The position numbers and the translations under genes are program-made. The notes beneath the pieces are model-generated. The model was given only the letters and a program-made list of their open reading frames with translations. It made no database searches and was not told the DNA's origin. A DNA stretch of 64,000 bases. Origin: Candidatus Stammera capleta (GTDB taxonomy: Bacteria; Pseudomonadota; Gammaproteobacteria; Enterobacterales; Enterobacteriaceae). Where the stretch lies: positions 20,927 through 84,926 of the forward strand of contig CP144808.1 of assembly GCA_036689375.1 (NCBI GenBank), in the 5' to 3' direction. The stretch's first letter is position 1; every line of letters starts with the position of its first letter. Positions 1 to 13,662 of the stretch are shown here, piece by piece.

Positions 1-482
1 ATTTATATATTTTAAAAAAAAAAAATTTTACTATTGTTAAATTAATTTCTCCTAAATCAGGGGAAAATGATATTTTATTTGTTAATTCTATTAATAATAG
101 TTTTATTAATTATGGTAATTTATTTTTTAATGGTATAGGTATATTAGGAAAAATTATTGGATTAAATAAAAATATAGCTGAATTAGAATTAATATGTCAT
201 AAAGGAAGTGGTATTTTGGGTAAAATTTTTAGAAATAATATGGAAGTAGTTGTTTTAGGTTTTGGTTGTTTAAATGATATGAAAATATATGATATTCCTT
301 TTAATTCTGATATTAAAAAAGGAGATATTATTATTACTTATTCTTTAAATTCTAGTATTTTTGTTAATTATCCTATAGGTATAATTAAAAATGTTTATTT
401 AGACAAAAATTGTGGTTGTATAAAAGCTAATGTTAAATCATTTATTAAATATAATAAGTTAGAATTTGGTATTTTAATTTAA
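1..482 (+). CDS. mreC: Rod shape-determining protein MreC, C-terminal part (5' end outside window)
   Basis: Frame 3 is open from the window edge to TAA 480-482. The C-terminal region is MreC-like (GDIIITYS...YPIGIIKNV) and is followed by mreD as in mreBCD. Confidence 0.75.
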   Translation, partial: LYILKKKNFTIVKLISPKSGENDILFVNSINNSFINYGNLFFNGIGILGKIIGLNKNIAELELICHKGSGILGKIFRNNMEVVVLGFGCLNDMKIYDIPFNSDIKKGDIIITYSLNSSIFVNYPIGIIKNVYLDKNCGCIKANVKSFIKYNKLEFGILI

Positions 483-511
483 ATTAATTATATAAATATA
501 ATTTTAAAAAA

Positions 512-1015
512 ATGTTTTTAAATTCTATATATAGTAGGTATAATATTTGTTGTTTTTTATTTATTTTATTTATTTTATGAATTTTTTTTAGTTTTTTAGA
601 TTTTTTTATAAAAAAAATATATATATATCCTTCTTTTTTAAATATTTTTTATATTTATATTATATTTTTTTATTTAAGTAATGTTAAATGTTTTTTTTTT
701 AATTTTTTATTTGGTTTTTTAGTTGATGTATTATTTGGATGTATATTAGGTAAAAATATTTTAATATATTTATTATCTTTTTATATAATTTCATATATTA
801 AATTTAATTTTTTTTATTTGTTAAATATAGAAATTTTTTTTATTGTTTTATTTTTTAATTTTTTTTTAAATTTTTTTTCTTTAATTTTTAATTGTTTTTT
901 ATTAAATTATAAATTTAATTTTTGTTTTATTTTTAATGTTTTTTTAGATACTTTTTTATGGTTTTTTATAATTAATTTATTATTTAATAATAAATTTTTT
1001 AAAAATTATTATTAA
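512..1015 (+). CDS. mreD: Rod shape-determining protein MreD
   Basis: 167-codon hydrophobic ORF if TGA 578-580 is read as Trp. Contains the MreD-like motif GFLVDVLFGCILGKN and lies directly after mreC. Confidence 0.7.
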
Positions 1016-1027
1016 ATAAGAGGTTTT

Positions 1028-2479
1028 ATGTTTAAAAATATAGTTTATGAAGATATTTTATTTAAAAATAAAATTTCTGAAGATAATTTGTTTAATATTT
1101 TATCTGATTTATCTTTTAATAATAATATATATAGTGAAATTTATTTTCAAAATTTAATTTTGGAGAATTTTTATTTAGAAAATAAAATATTAAAAAATAA
1201 TTTTTTGAAAAATATTAATGGTTTAAGTGTTCGTATTATTGATAATGAAAAAACTTATTTTTCTTATTCTAATGAAATAAATTTAAATTCTTTAATAAAA
1301 TGTGTAAATAAAGTAAAATTATTTTGTTCAAATAAAAATATTAATAAAAAAATAAATTTGAATTTTTATAATTATTTATTTAATAATTATGAAAGTTTTT
1401 CTTCTATTGATTTTAATTTAAGTAAATCAAAAATAGATTTATTATTATATTTAGATAATTTTATTAGAAAGAAAAGTTTATTTGTTAACTATATTGGTAT
1501 AAATTTAATAAATAATTATGAAATTATTTTAATTATTTCTAATGATGATGTTTTTATTGGTGATATAAGACCTTTAGTAAATATTTTTTTTAAAGTTCAA
1601 GTTGAAAAAAATTATATTAAAGGAATTGGTATATGCAGTGGAGGTGGTAGATATTCTTATGAAAATTTATTAAATAAGATTTATAATGGGGTTTCTTTTG
1701 TAGAATATTTAGCAAATGAATCTTTAAGAATAGCTGAGAATAATTTAAATGCTGTAATTCCTTCTGCTGGATCTATGCCTATAGTTTTAGGATCTGGATC
1801 TCCAGGAATTTTATTTCATGAAGCTGTTGGTCATGGTTTAGAAGGTGATTTTATTAGAAAAAAATCTTCTGTTTATTCAGATTTTTTAAATAAAAAAGTT
1901 GCTTCTAGTTTATGTACGATAATTGATGATGGTACTATATATGGTTTAAGAGGTTCATTAAATATAGATGATGAAGGTGTTTTATCTAAAAAAAATGTTC
2001 TTATTAAAAATGGTATTTTAAAATCTTTTATGTTTGATAAGTTAAATTCTAAATTATTAGGTTTTAATAGTACAGGAAATTCTAGAAGAGAATCTTATGC
2101 ACATTTACCTTTACCTAGAATGACTAATACATATTTATTGCCTGGTAGTAATAATTTTTGTGATTTAATTAATAGTGTTGATTATGGTTTATATATTGTT
2201 AGTTTATTAGGAGGTCAAGTTGATATTACATCTGGTAAATTTGTTTTTACTGTTTTAGAAGGTTATTTAATTAAAAATGGATTAATTTCTAAACCTATAA
2301 AAGGTGTTACATTAATAGGATCAGGAATTGAAATTATGAATAATATAACTATGATTGCAAATGATTTAAAATTTGATTATGGATCTGGTACTTGTGTTAA
2401 AGATAATCAAAGTATTCCTGTTGGTGTTGGTCAACCTTCTTTAAAAATAAGTTCTATGATTGTTGGTGGTATAAATTAA
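1028..2479 (+). CDS. tldD: Metalloprotease TldD
   Basis: Uninterrupted 483 aa ORF with the HEAVGHGLEGD zinc-protease motif and a TldD-like C-terminal half. A GAGG Shine-Dalgarno sequence lies upstream. Confidence 0.9.
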   Translation: MFKNIVYEDILFKNKISEDNLFNILSDLSFNNNIYSEIYFQNLILENFYLENKILKNNFLKNINGLSVRIIDNEKTYFSYSNEINLNSLIKCVNKVKLFCSNKNINKKINLNFYNYLFNNYESFSSIDFNLSKSKIDLLLYLDNFIRKKSLFVNYIGINLINNYEIILIISNDDVFIGDIRPLVNIFFKVQVEKNYIKGIGICSGGGRYSYENLLNKIYNGVSFVEYLANESLRIAENNLNAVIPSAGSMPIVLGSGSPGILFHEAVGHGLEGDFIRKKSSVYSDFLNKKVASSLCTIIDDGTIYGLRGSLNIDDEGVLSKKNVLIKNGILKSFMFDKLNSKLLGFNSTGNSRRESYAHLPLPRMTNTYLLPGSNNFCDLINSVDYGLYIVSLLGGQVDITSGKFVFTVLEGYLIKNGLISKPIKGVTLIGSGIEIMNNITMIANDLKFDYGSGTCVKDNQSIPVGVGQPSLKISSMIVGGIN

Positions 2480-2499
2480 TTATGTATTAATGGATATAT

Positions 2500-2907
2500 A
2501 TGAGTGATTTTTTAAGAAAGTGATATTTGATTGATTCTAATAATAAAGTTCTAGGTAGGTTAATTACTAGAGTTGTTTATTATCTTATGGGTAAAAATAA
2601 ATCTAATTATTTACCTTATAAAGATTTTGGAAATTTTGTAATTTTAATAAATATTAATAAAATTATTGTTACTGGAAAAAAATTTAAAAAAAAAATTTAT
2701 TATCGTCATAGTGGTTATGTTGGAAATTTAAAAAGTATTTTTTTTAAAGATATGTTTAAGAAATCTCCTGAATATATTATAAAAAAATCAGTTTATGGTA
2801 TGTTACCTAAAAATAATTTAGGTAGATGTTTTTTAAAAAGATTAAGAGTTTTTAATTATTCTAATCATATATATAATTCTCATAAACCAGTTTTAATTGA
2901 AACTTAA
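2500..2907 (+). CDS. rplM: 50S ribosomal protein L13
   Basis: Aligns to E. coli L13. ATG 2500 followed by TGA 2521-2523 at the conserved Trp (RDWYVVDA vs RKW-YLIDS). rplM-rpsI pair is conserved. Confidence 0.93.
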
Positions 2908-2919
2908 GGATAATTATTT

Positions 2920-3303
2920 ATGTTATATAGTACTGGTCGTCGTAAAACTTCTTCTGCTAGAGTTTTTATGAAAGAAGGTAATGGAAATATTTTTGTTAAT
3001 AAAATTAATTTTAGAAAATATTTTATTTTTATTATTATGCAAAAAATTATTTTACAACCATTTTTTGTTGTTGATAATTTTTTTAATAAATTTGATTTTT
3101 ATATTACTGTTAAAGGAGGAGGTATTTATGGTCAAGCTGTAGCTATAAGACATGGTATTAGTAGAGTTATTTTAAAATATGATTTATCTTTAAGGAGTAA
3201 ATTAAAAATTTATGGTTTTTTAACTCGTGATTCTCGTTCTGTTGAAAGAAAAAAATATGGTTTTCGTAAGTCTCGTTGTAGACCTCAATATTCAAAACGT
3301 TAA
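2920..3303 (+). CDS. rpsI: 30S ribosomal protein S9
   Basis: GRRKTSSARVF...ITVKGGG...RPQYSKR matches S9 end to end. Confidence 0.95.
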   Translation: MLYSTGRRKTSSARVFMKEGNGNIFVNKINFRKYFIFIIMQKIILQPFFVVDNFFNKFDFYITVKGGGIYGQAVAIRHGISRVILKYDLSLRSKLKIYGFLTRDSRSVERKKYGFRKSRCRPQYSKR

Positions 3304-3383
3304 AATTTTTATTATTTATTTTTTATTAATAAATAATATTTATTATATATATAATTTTATTTAATTTAAATATAGGAATATAA

Positions 3384-3704
3384 ATGTTTTATTATGAAAT
3401 TGTTTTTATGATATATCCTGATAAAGGATCTTTAGTAGATGATATTATTAAATATTATTCAGATATTATTAATAATAATGGTAAAATTGATAGATTAGAA
3501 AATTGAGGTTTAAAATATTTATCTTATAATATTGAAAATTGTTGTAAAGCTTATTATGTTTTAATGAATATATCTATAAATAAAAATTTTATTGATTCTA
3601 TTATTAAAGATTTAAAAATTAATAATAATATATTAAGATTTATGGTTGTAAAAAAAAAAAATATAGAAAAAGATTCATCAATAATGATGTTTAAGAAAAA
3701 ATAA
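3384..3704 (+). CDS. rpsF: 30S ribosomal protein S6
   Basis: N-terminus MFYYEIVFMIYPD. TGA 3504-3506 lies at the conserved Trp of RLEDWG (here RLENW-G). Ends at TAA 3702-3704. Confidence 0.9.
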
Positions 3705-3719
3705 ATTTAAGGTTTAATT

Positions 3720-3959
3720 ATGTTTAATTTTTACAGAAATAAAAAATATTGTCGTTTTGCTTTAAAAAAAATAAAATATATAGATTATAAAGATATTAAT
3801 TTATTAAAAGATTTTATTACTGAATGTAATAAAATTATACCTTCAAGAATAACAGGTATTTCTTTAAAGTATCAAAGAAAATTAGCAATAGCTATTAAAA
3901 GAGCTAGGTATTTAGCTTTACTTCCTTATACTGATTTGCATTCTAATTTAAAGGTTTAA
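3720..3959 (+). CDS. rpsR: 30S ribosomal protein S18
   Basis: CRF...[24 protein letters not shown]...[13 protein letters not shown] matches S18. Confidence 0.95.
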   Translation: MFNFYRNKKYCRFALKKIKYIDYKDINLLKDFITECNKIIPSRITGISLKYQRKLAIAIKRARYLALLPYTDLHSNLKV

Positions 3960-3960
3960 T

Positions 3961-4419
3961 ATGGTTAAAGTTATAATTTTAAAAAAAAATTTATTAGGTA
4001 ATATTGGTGATATTGTTAAAGTTAAATCTGGTTATGCAAGAAATTATCTTATTCCTTATGGTTATGCTTTATATACTTATGAGTATAATTTAAATAAATT
4101 TAGTAAAAAAAAATTATTAAATGAAAAAAATATAGATAAAAAAATTAAAGAATATAAAAAAATATATAATAAAATATTAAAATTATCTCCATTAAAATTA
4201 GGTTTTAGATGTAGTGATAATGGTAAATTATTTGGTTCTTTGAATTCGTTAGATATATGTAATATTATTTCTAAAACTATAAAATATAAAATATCTAGAA
4301 AATCTGTATCTATAGTAGGAGGAAAAATAAAATATTTAGGTGAATATAGTATTGATATTTGTTTATATAAAGAACATAAAATTAAAATTATTTTAAATAT
4401 TATATCATTAAATAATTAG
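3961..4419 (+). CDS. rplI: 50S ribosomal protein L9
   Basis: N-terminus VIILKKNLLGNIGDIVKVKSGYARNYLIP matches L9. Lies in rpsF-rpsR-rplI operon context. Confidence 0.92.
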   Translation: MVKVIILKKNLLGNIGDIVKVKSGYARNYLIPYGYALYTYEYNLNKFSKKKLLNEKNIDKKIKEYKKIYNKILKLSPLKLGFRCSDNGKLFGSLNSLDICNIISKTIKYKISRKSVSIVGGKIKYLGEYSIDICLYKEHKIKIILNIISLNN

Positions 4420-4576
4420 TTTAAATAATGAATATTTTTGTTTATTTATTTTTTTAATTTGTATTTTATTTAATTTATTTTTATGTTAATTTAAATATTT
4501 TATTTTTTTTTACTTGTTTTATTTTTTTTTTCTTGTTATATTTATTAATATATTTGTTTTATAAGTTATAAGTGTA

Positions 4577-4593
4577 TTTTGTTCTTTTAAAAT
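4577..4593 (+). promoter_or_regulatory. boxA-like rrn antitermination element in the 16S leader
   Basis: TTTTGTTCTTTTAAAAT resembles E. coli rrn boxA TGCTCTTTAACAA. The identical 17-mer recurs at 6356-6372 in the 16S-23S spacer, the second canonical boxA position. Confidence 0.5.
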
Positions 4594-4684
4594 AAATAGT
4601 TTATATGAGCGCTTGCAAAATAATTAATAAGAATTTTTTCTTATTTTTTAAATGATGTTTATTTAAAAAATAAGTTGTAGTTTT

Positions 4685-6239
<1,555 letters not shown>

Positions 6240-6281
6240 TTAAATAATATTTTGCAGGCGTTTATATATTTATTTTATTGT

Positions 6282-6353
6282 GTCCTCTTCGTCTAAAGGA
6301 TAGGACATCGCTCTTTCACGGCGATAACAGGGGTTCGAATCCCCTAGAGGACG
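6282..6353 (+). tRNA. tRNA-Glu (anticodon UUC), rrn spacer tRNA
   Basis: Near-identical to E. coli tRNA-Glu. Anticodon loop CTTTCAC, acceptor GTCCTCT/AGAGGAC plus G. No encoded CCA. Confidence 0.95.
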
Positions 6354-6355
6354 TT

Positions 6356-6372
6356 TTTTGTTCTTTTAAAAT
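6356..6372 (+). promoter_or_regulatory. boxA-like element in the 16S-23S spacer
   Basis: Exact copy of the 17-mer at 4577-4593, located between the spacer tRNA-Glu and 23S as in E. coli rrn operons. Confidence 0.5.
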
Positions 6373-6401
6373 TTTGTATTTAAGACATTTTTAGGTTGCG
6401 A

Positions 6402-9324
<2,923 letters not shown>

Positions 9325-9346
9325 CGCAACCTAAAAATGTTTTATA

Positions 9347-9459
9347 TTTCTGGCGGTAATAGCATAATAGAACCACCTGAAACCATTTCGAACTCAGAAG
9401 TGAAATGTTATAGCGCTGATGGTAGTGTATTTACGCGAGAGTAAGACGCTGCCAGGGAT
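9347..9459 (+). rRNA. rrf: 5S ribosomal RNA (shortened terminal hairpin)
   Basis: CTGGCGG...CCACCTGA..CGAACTCAGAAGTGAAA...GATGGTAGTGT...GCGAGAGTA..CTGCCAGG aligns with E. coli 5S. The GGGGTCTCCCCA hairpin is replaced by ATTTA. Confidence 0.9.
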
Positions 9460-9463
9460 TTAT

Positions 9464-9537
9464 GGTACGGTAGTTCAGTTGGTTAGAATATCAGCCTGTC
9501 ACGCTGGAGGTCACGGGTTCGAGCCCCGTTCGTACCG
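9464..9537 (+). tRNA. tRNA-Asp (anticodon GUC), distal rrn tRNA
   Basis: Anticodon loop CTGTCAC and T-arm GGGTTCGAGCCCC. Similar to E. coli tRNA-Asp. Followed by T11, with no encoded CCA. Confidence 0.95.
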
Positions 9538-9554
9538 TTTTTTTTTTAAAAAAA

Positions 9555-10100
9555 ATGTTATATAATAAAAATAATTTAATTTGAATTGATTTAGAAATGA
9601 CAGGTTTAAATCCTGAAAAAGATAGAATTTTAGAAATTTTTACTTTAGTAACAGATTTTAATTTAAATATTTTAAAAGAAGGACCAAATATTGCTATATA
9701 TCAAAAAAATATATATCTTTCTAATATGAATAAGTGAAATTTAAATATTCATAATAAAACTGGTCTTATAAATAGAGTAAAAAATAGTTTTTTTGATGAA
9801 AAAAAAGCTGAATTTGTTACTATAAAATTTTTAAAAAAATTAGTACCTAAAGGTTGTTCTCCAATATGTGGTAATACAATAGCACAAGATAGAAGATTTT
9901 TATTTAATTATATGCCTGATTTAGAAAGTTATTTTCATTATAGATATATAGATGTTAGTACTATAAAAGAATTAATAATTAGATGAAATCCTTCTATTTT
10001 ATATAATTTTAAAAAGAAAAATAATCATATTGCTTTTTTAGATGTTAAAGAATCTATTAAAGAATTAATTTTTTATAGAAAAAATTTTTTTGTTTTTTAA
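9555..10100 (+). CDS. orn: Oligoribonuclease
   Basis: [23 protein letters not shown]...[28 protein letters not shown] matches Orn. Three in-frame TGA codons lie at conserved Trp positions (the first at 9582-9584). Confidence 0.92.
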
Positions 10101-10110
10101 TTTTCTAATT

Positions 10111-10183
10111 GCGGAAATAGCTCAGTTGGTAGAGTGTAACCTTGCCAAGGTTAAGGTCACGAGTTCGAATCTCGTTTTCCGCT
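10111..10183 (+). tRNA. tRNA-Gly (anticodon GCC)
   Basis: GCGGAAATAGCTCAGTTGGTAGAG...CTTGCCAAGG...TTCGAATCTCGTTTTCCGCT is close to E. coli glyV-type tRNA. No encoded CCA. Confidence 0.95.
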
Positions 10184-10185
10184 TT

Positions 10186-10645
10186 ATGTTTAGTAAAATT
10201 ATATATATAGATAATTTAAAAAAGATGCGTTTTTTATCTGAAAAAATTTCTTATTTTTTAAATAAAGGTAATTTATTATATTTAAGTGGTCCTTTAGGTT
10301 GTGGCAAATCTTCTTTTTGTAATTTTTTGGTTAAAAAATTAGGTTATAAAGGTATTATTAAAAGTCCAACTTATTCTTTAGTAAATATATATAAATTAAA
10401 ATTTTTTGATGTTTTTCATTTTGATTTTTATAGAATATCTTCTTTTGAAGATTTATTTGATATAGATATTTATTCTTATTTTAATGATAATAGTATTTGT
10501 TTAGTTGAATGACCCTGATAAATTTATTAATTATTTACCTAAGCCTACTTTTTATTTAAAATTTAATTATTTAAAATCAGATAAACGTGTAATTATTATA
10601 AATTATAATAGTTTTTTTTATAAAAAATATTTAAATGAATTTTAA
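10186..10645 (+). CDS. tsaE: tRNA t6A ATPase TsaE (YjeE), interrupted by a +1 frameshift at CCC-TGA (10513-10518)
   Basis: P-loop GPLGCGKSS and ...ICLVEW-P match TsaE. Frame 0 stops at TAA 10519-10521. The +1 frame from 10514 stays open to TAA 10643-10645 and continues the TsaE-like sequence. Confidence 0.7.
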
Positions 10646-10695
10646 TAAAAATTTTATTTTTTAAAAAAATTTTATATTTTTTTAGTATAAATATT

Positions 10696-11634
10696 ATGAA
10701 TAATGATATTAAAGTTTTTTGTATATTAGGTCCAACTGGAATTGGTAAAACTTTAATGATTATGGAATTATATAATTTATTACCTTTTCCTATAGAAATA
10801 ATTAGTGTTGATTCTGGATTAATTTATAGAGATATGAATATAGGAACTGCTAAACCTTCTAAGAAAGAATTATTTATTTATCCTCATAAATTAGTTAATA
10901 TTTTAGATCCTAAACAATCATATTCTGTTAGTAATTTTTTTTATGATGTTAAAAAAGAAATATATTGTGCTTTTTTAAATAAAAAAATACCAGTTCTTGT
11001 TGGTGGAACAATGATGTATTATAATGTTTTATTTAATGGATTATATGATATTCCTAGTATAAATAGTAATATTCGTAATTATATTACTAATTTATTTAAT
11101 AAATATGATTGTAAAAGTATTTATAATTTTTTTAAAAAGATAGATTATGATTCTGCTAAAAATATTCATTTTAATGATAAATATAGAATTATTAGAAATT
11201 TAGAAGTTTTTTTTTCTACTAAAAAAAATATGTCTTTTTATAAGAAAAAAAAAGTTTTTATAGAATTTAATATTTATAAAATAATAATTTTATATAAAAA
11301 TAAAAATAAATTATTTTTAAATATAAAAAATAGATTTTTAAATATGTTGAATATTGGTTTTGAAAAAGAAGTTAGAAATTTATATAATAGAAAAGATTTA
11401 AATATTAATATGTCTTCTATGAAACGTATTGGTTATAATCAAATGTGATTATATTTTGATAAAAAAATAAGTTATAAGCAAATGATTAATTTAAGTATAA
11501 AAAATACTAATTATTTAGTAAAAAAACAAATTACTTGATTAAAAAAATGATTAAAATTTTCTAAAGTTATATATTTTTATAATTATAATAGTTGTATAAA
11601 TAAAATTTATAAATTTATTAAAAATAGTATTTAA
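10696..11634 (+). CDS. miaA: tRNA dimethylallyltransferase
   Basis: GPTGIGKT P-loop. GYNQMW and KKQITW-LKKW match MiaA GYRQMW and KRQITWLRGW, with TGA at all three Trp positions. Confidence 0.9.
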
Positions 11635-11646
11635 AAAAGTTATTAA

Positions 11647-12909
11647 ATGTTTAAAAATTTAGTTATTTATGTTTATTATAAAAAAATTAATTTAATAGAA
11701 AAAAATGAATTTATTAAGCTTATTAAATCATCTAATATGTCAATTGATAAATTTATTTATATTCGTATTAGAAAATTTAATAGAAAATATTTTTTTGGTA
11801 TTGGAAAACTAAATGAAATTTTTTTTATTATTAAAAAAAAAAAATATAATCAATTATTAATAAATGTTACTTTAAAAAGTATACAAGAATATAATTTAAA
11901 AAAATTTTTAAATTGTAATCTATTAAATAGAATAAATATTATATTAAATATATTTAAAAAAAGAGCTATTGATAGTTATAGTAAATTACAAGTAGAATTA
12001 GCATATTTAAATTATTTAAGTACTAGATTAGTAAAAAAATGAACTCATTTAGAAAGACAAAAAGGTGGAACAAGATATATTTCTGGTCCAGGAGAAAAAC
12101 AAATTGAAATAGATAGAAGAATAATAAAAAAAAAAATAAATTTTGTTTTAAATAAAATAAATAAAAATATTTTAAATAAAAATCAAGAAAAATTTTTAAG
12201 AAATAAAAATGAAATACCTTTAGTTTCTTTAGTTGGATATACTAATTCAGGTAAATCAACTTTATTTAATTGTCTTACTAATTATAATTTAGAATCAAAG
12301 GATTTTTTTTTTACTACATTAGATACTTATATTAAAAAAATAAATAAATTTAATTTTTTTTATAATGTTTTGATATCAGATACGATAGGTTTTATAAGAA
12401 ATTTACCTTCTGTGATATATGATGCCTTTAAAAGTACATTACAAGAAATTAAAAATTCTGATCTTATTTTACATATTGTAGATATTTCTGACATTTATTT
12501 TAATGATTATATTAATGTTGTAAATTTAATTTTATCTAATATAAATATTAATAATATACCAGTTATTTTAGTTATGAATAAAATAGATAAAATATATGGT
12601 TTAAAAGAAAAAATTGAATTTAATATTAATAATGAACCTATTAAAATATGAATTTCTGCTAAAAATGAATTAGGTATAATATTTATTAAAAAAGTTATTG
12701 ATTTTTATTTATTTAATAAATTTATTAAATATAATTTATTTATACCAGTAAATTTATTTAATATATTTAATAATTTTAAATATAAAAAAAGAATTAGTAG
12801 TGTAAAATGAAATAATTTTAAAAAGTATTATATTTTAGATATTTTTTTAACAAAAAATGAAATTGATTTTTTTTTAAAAAAATATCCTAGAATTATAATT
12901 AATTTATAA
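11647..12909 (+). CDS. hflX: GTPase HflX
   Basis: LVKKW-THLERQKGGTRYISGPGEKQIE, G1 GYTNSGKSTLFN, DTIGF and NKID motifs. Three in-frame TGA codons. Same frame throughout. Confidence 0.88.
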
Positions 12910-12915
12910 ATAATT

Positions 12916-13662
12916 ATGAATATATTTTATGGAATTAATACAGTAAAAAATTTAATAAAGTATAAATGTACTTATATTGAAAAAATTTTTTTATGTTTAA
13001 TGAAAAAAAATATTAAATTAATGAATTTAAAAAAAATAATTTTATATAAAAAAATTAATTTAGTTATTTTTTCACCTGATATTTTTAAAAAAAAATTTAA
13101 TAAGTTAAATGTTTCTCATCAAGGAATTATTGTTTTTGTTAAAAAAAAAATATTTAATTTTAAATTAAATGATTTTTTAAATAAAATAAATAAAAAAAAT
13201 AGTTTTTTTTTAGTATTAAATAATATAATGAATCCTTATAATTTAGGTGCTTGTATAAGAATAGCAGTAGCTGCTGGAATAAATGGAATTATAGTAAGTA
13301 AAAATAATACAGTTTCTATAGAAAATAGTATTGTTCATAAAACATCTTCTGGTTCAATATATAAAATATTTATATTTCAATTTTCTAATATATTAAATAT
13401 AATAAATATATTTAAAAATAAAAAATATTTTATTGTAGGTACAACAATTGAAAATTATAATAATATATTTAATTATAATTTTTCTAAAATTAATTCTTTA
13501 GTATTAGTTTTAGGATCTGAAGATAAAGGTATTAAGAAATCTATTAAAAAAAAATGCGATATATTAATAAATATACCTATAAAAAATATAAATTCTTTAA
13601 ATTTATCTGTTGCATGTGGTATTTCTGTTTTTGAAATATTAAGGCAGAAAAAATTATTTTAA
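12916..13662 (+). CDS. rlmB: 23S rRNA (guanosine-2'-O)-methyltransferase RlmB (SpoU family)
   Basis: 248 aa with SpoU/TrmH motifs (NPYNLGACIRIA, LVLGSEDKGI, IPI...SLNLSVA). Position is syntenic with E. coli. Confidence 0.8.
   Translation: MNIFYGINTVKNLIKYKCTYIEKIFLCLMKKNIKLMNLKKIILYKKINLVIFSPDIFKKKFNKLNVSHQGIIVFVKKKIFNFKLNDFLNKINKKNSFFLVLNNIMNPYNLGACIRIAVAAGINGIIVSKNNTVSIENSIVHKTSSGSIYKIFIFQFSNILNIINIFKNKKYFIVGTTIENYNNIFNYNFSKINSLVLVLGSEDKGIKKSIKKKCDILINIPIKNINSLNLSVACGISVFEILRQKKLF

Noticed and set aside
3310-3345. Possible intrinsic terminator after rpsI: an 11 bp inverted repeat, TATTATTTATT (3310-3320) and AATAAATAATA (3328-3338), followed by T-rich sequence.
   Set aside because: The stem is entirely A-T and therefore very weak. 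Such inverted repeats are expected by chance in this composition, so it is not reported as a feature.
4626-4645. Hairpin AATAAGAA-TTTT-TTCTTATT followed by T-rich sequence in the 16S leader, which looks like a terminator.
   Set aside because: It lies between the 16S processing-stem strand and the mature 5' end, inside a transcript that must be read through. It is more likely part of the leader fold or a chance occurrence.
10090-10185. N-terminal extension of the tsaE ORF (track ORF starts at 10090).
   Set aside because: The extension runs straight through tRNA-Gly (10111-10183). The real start is ATG 10186.
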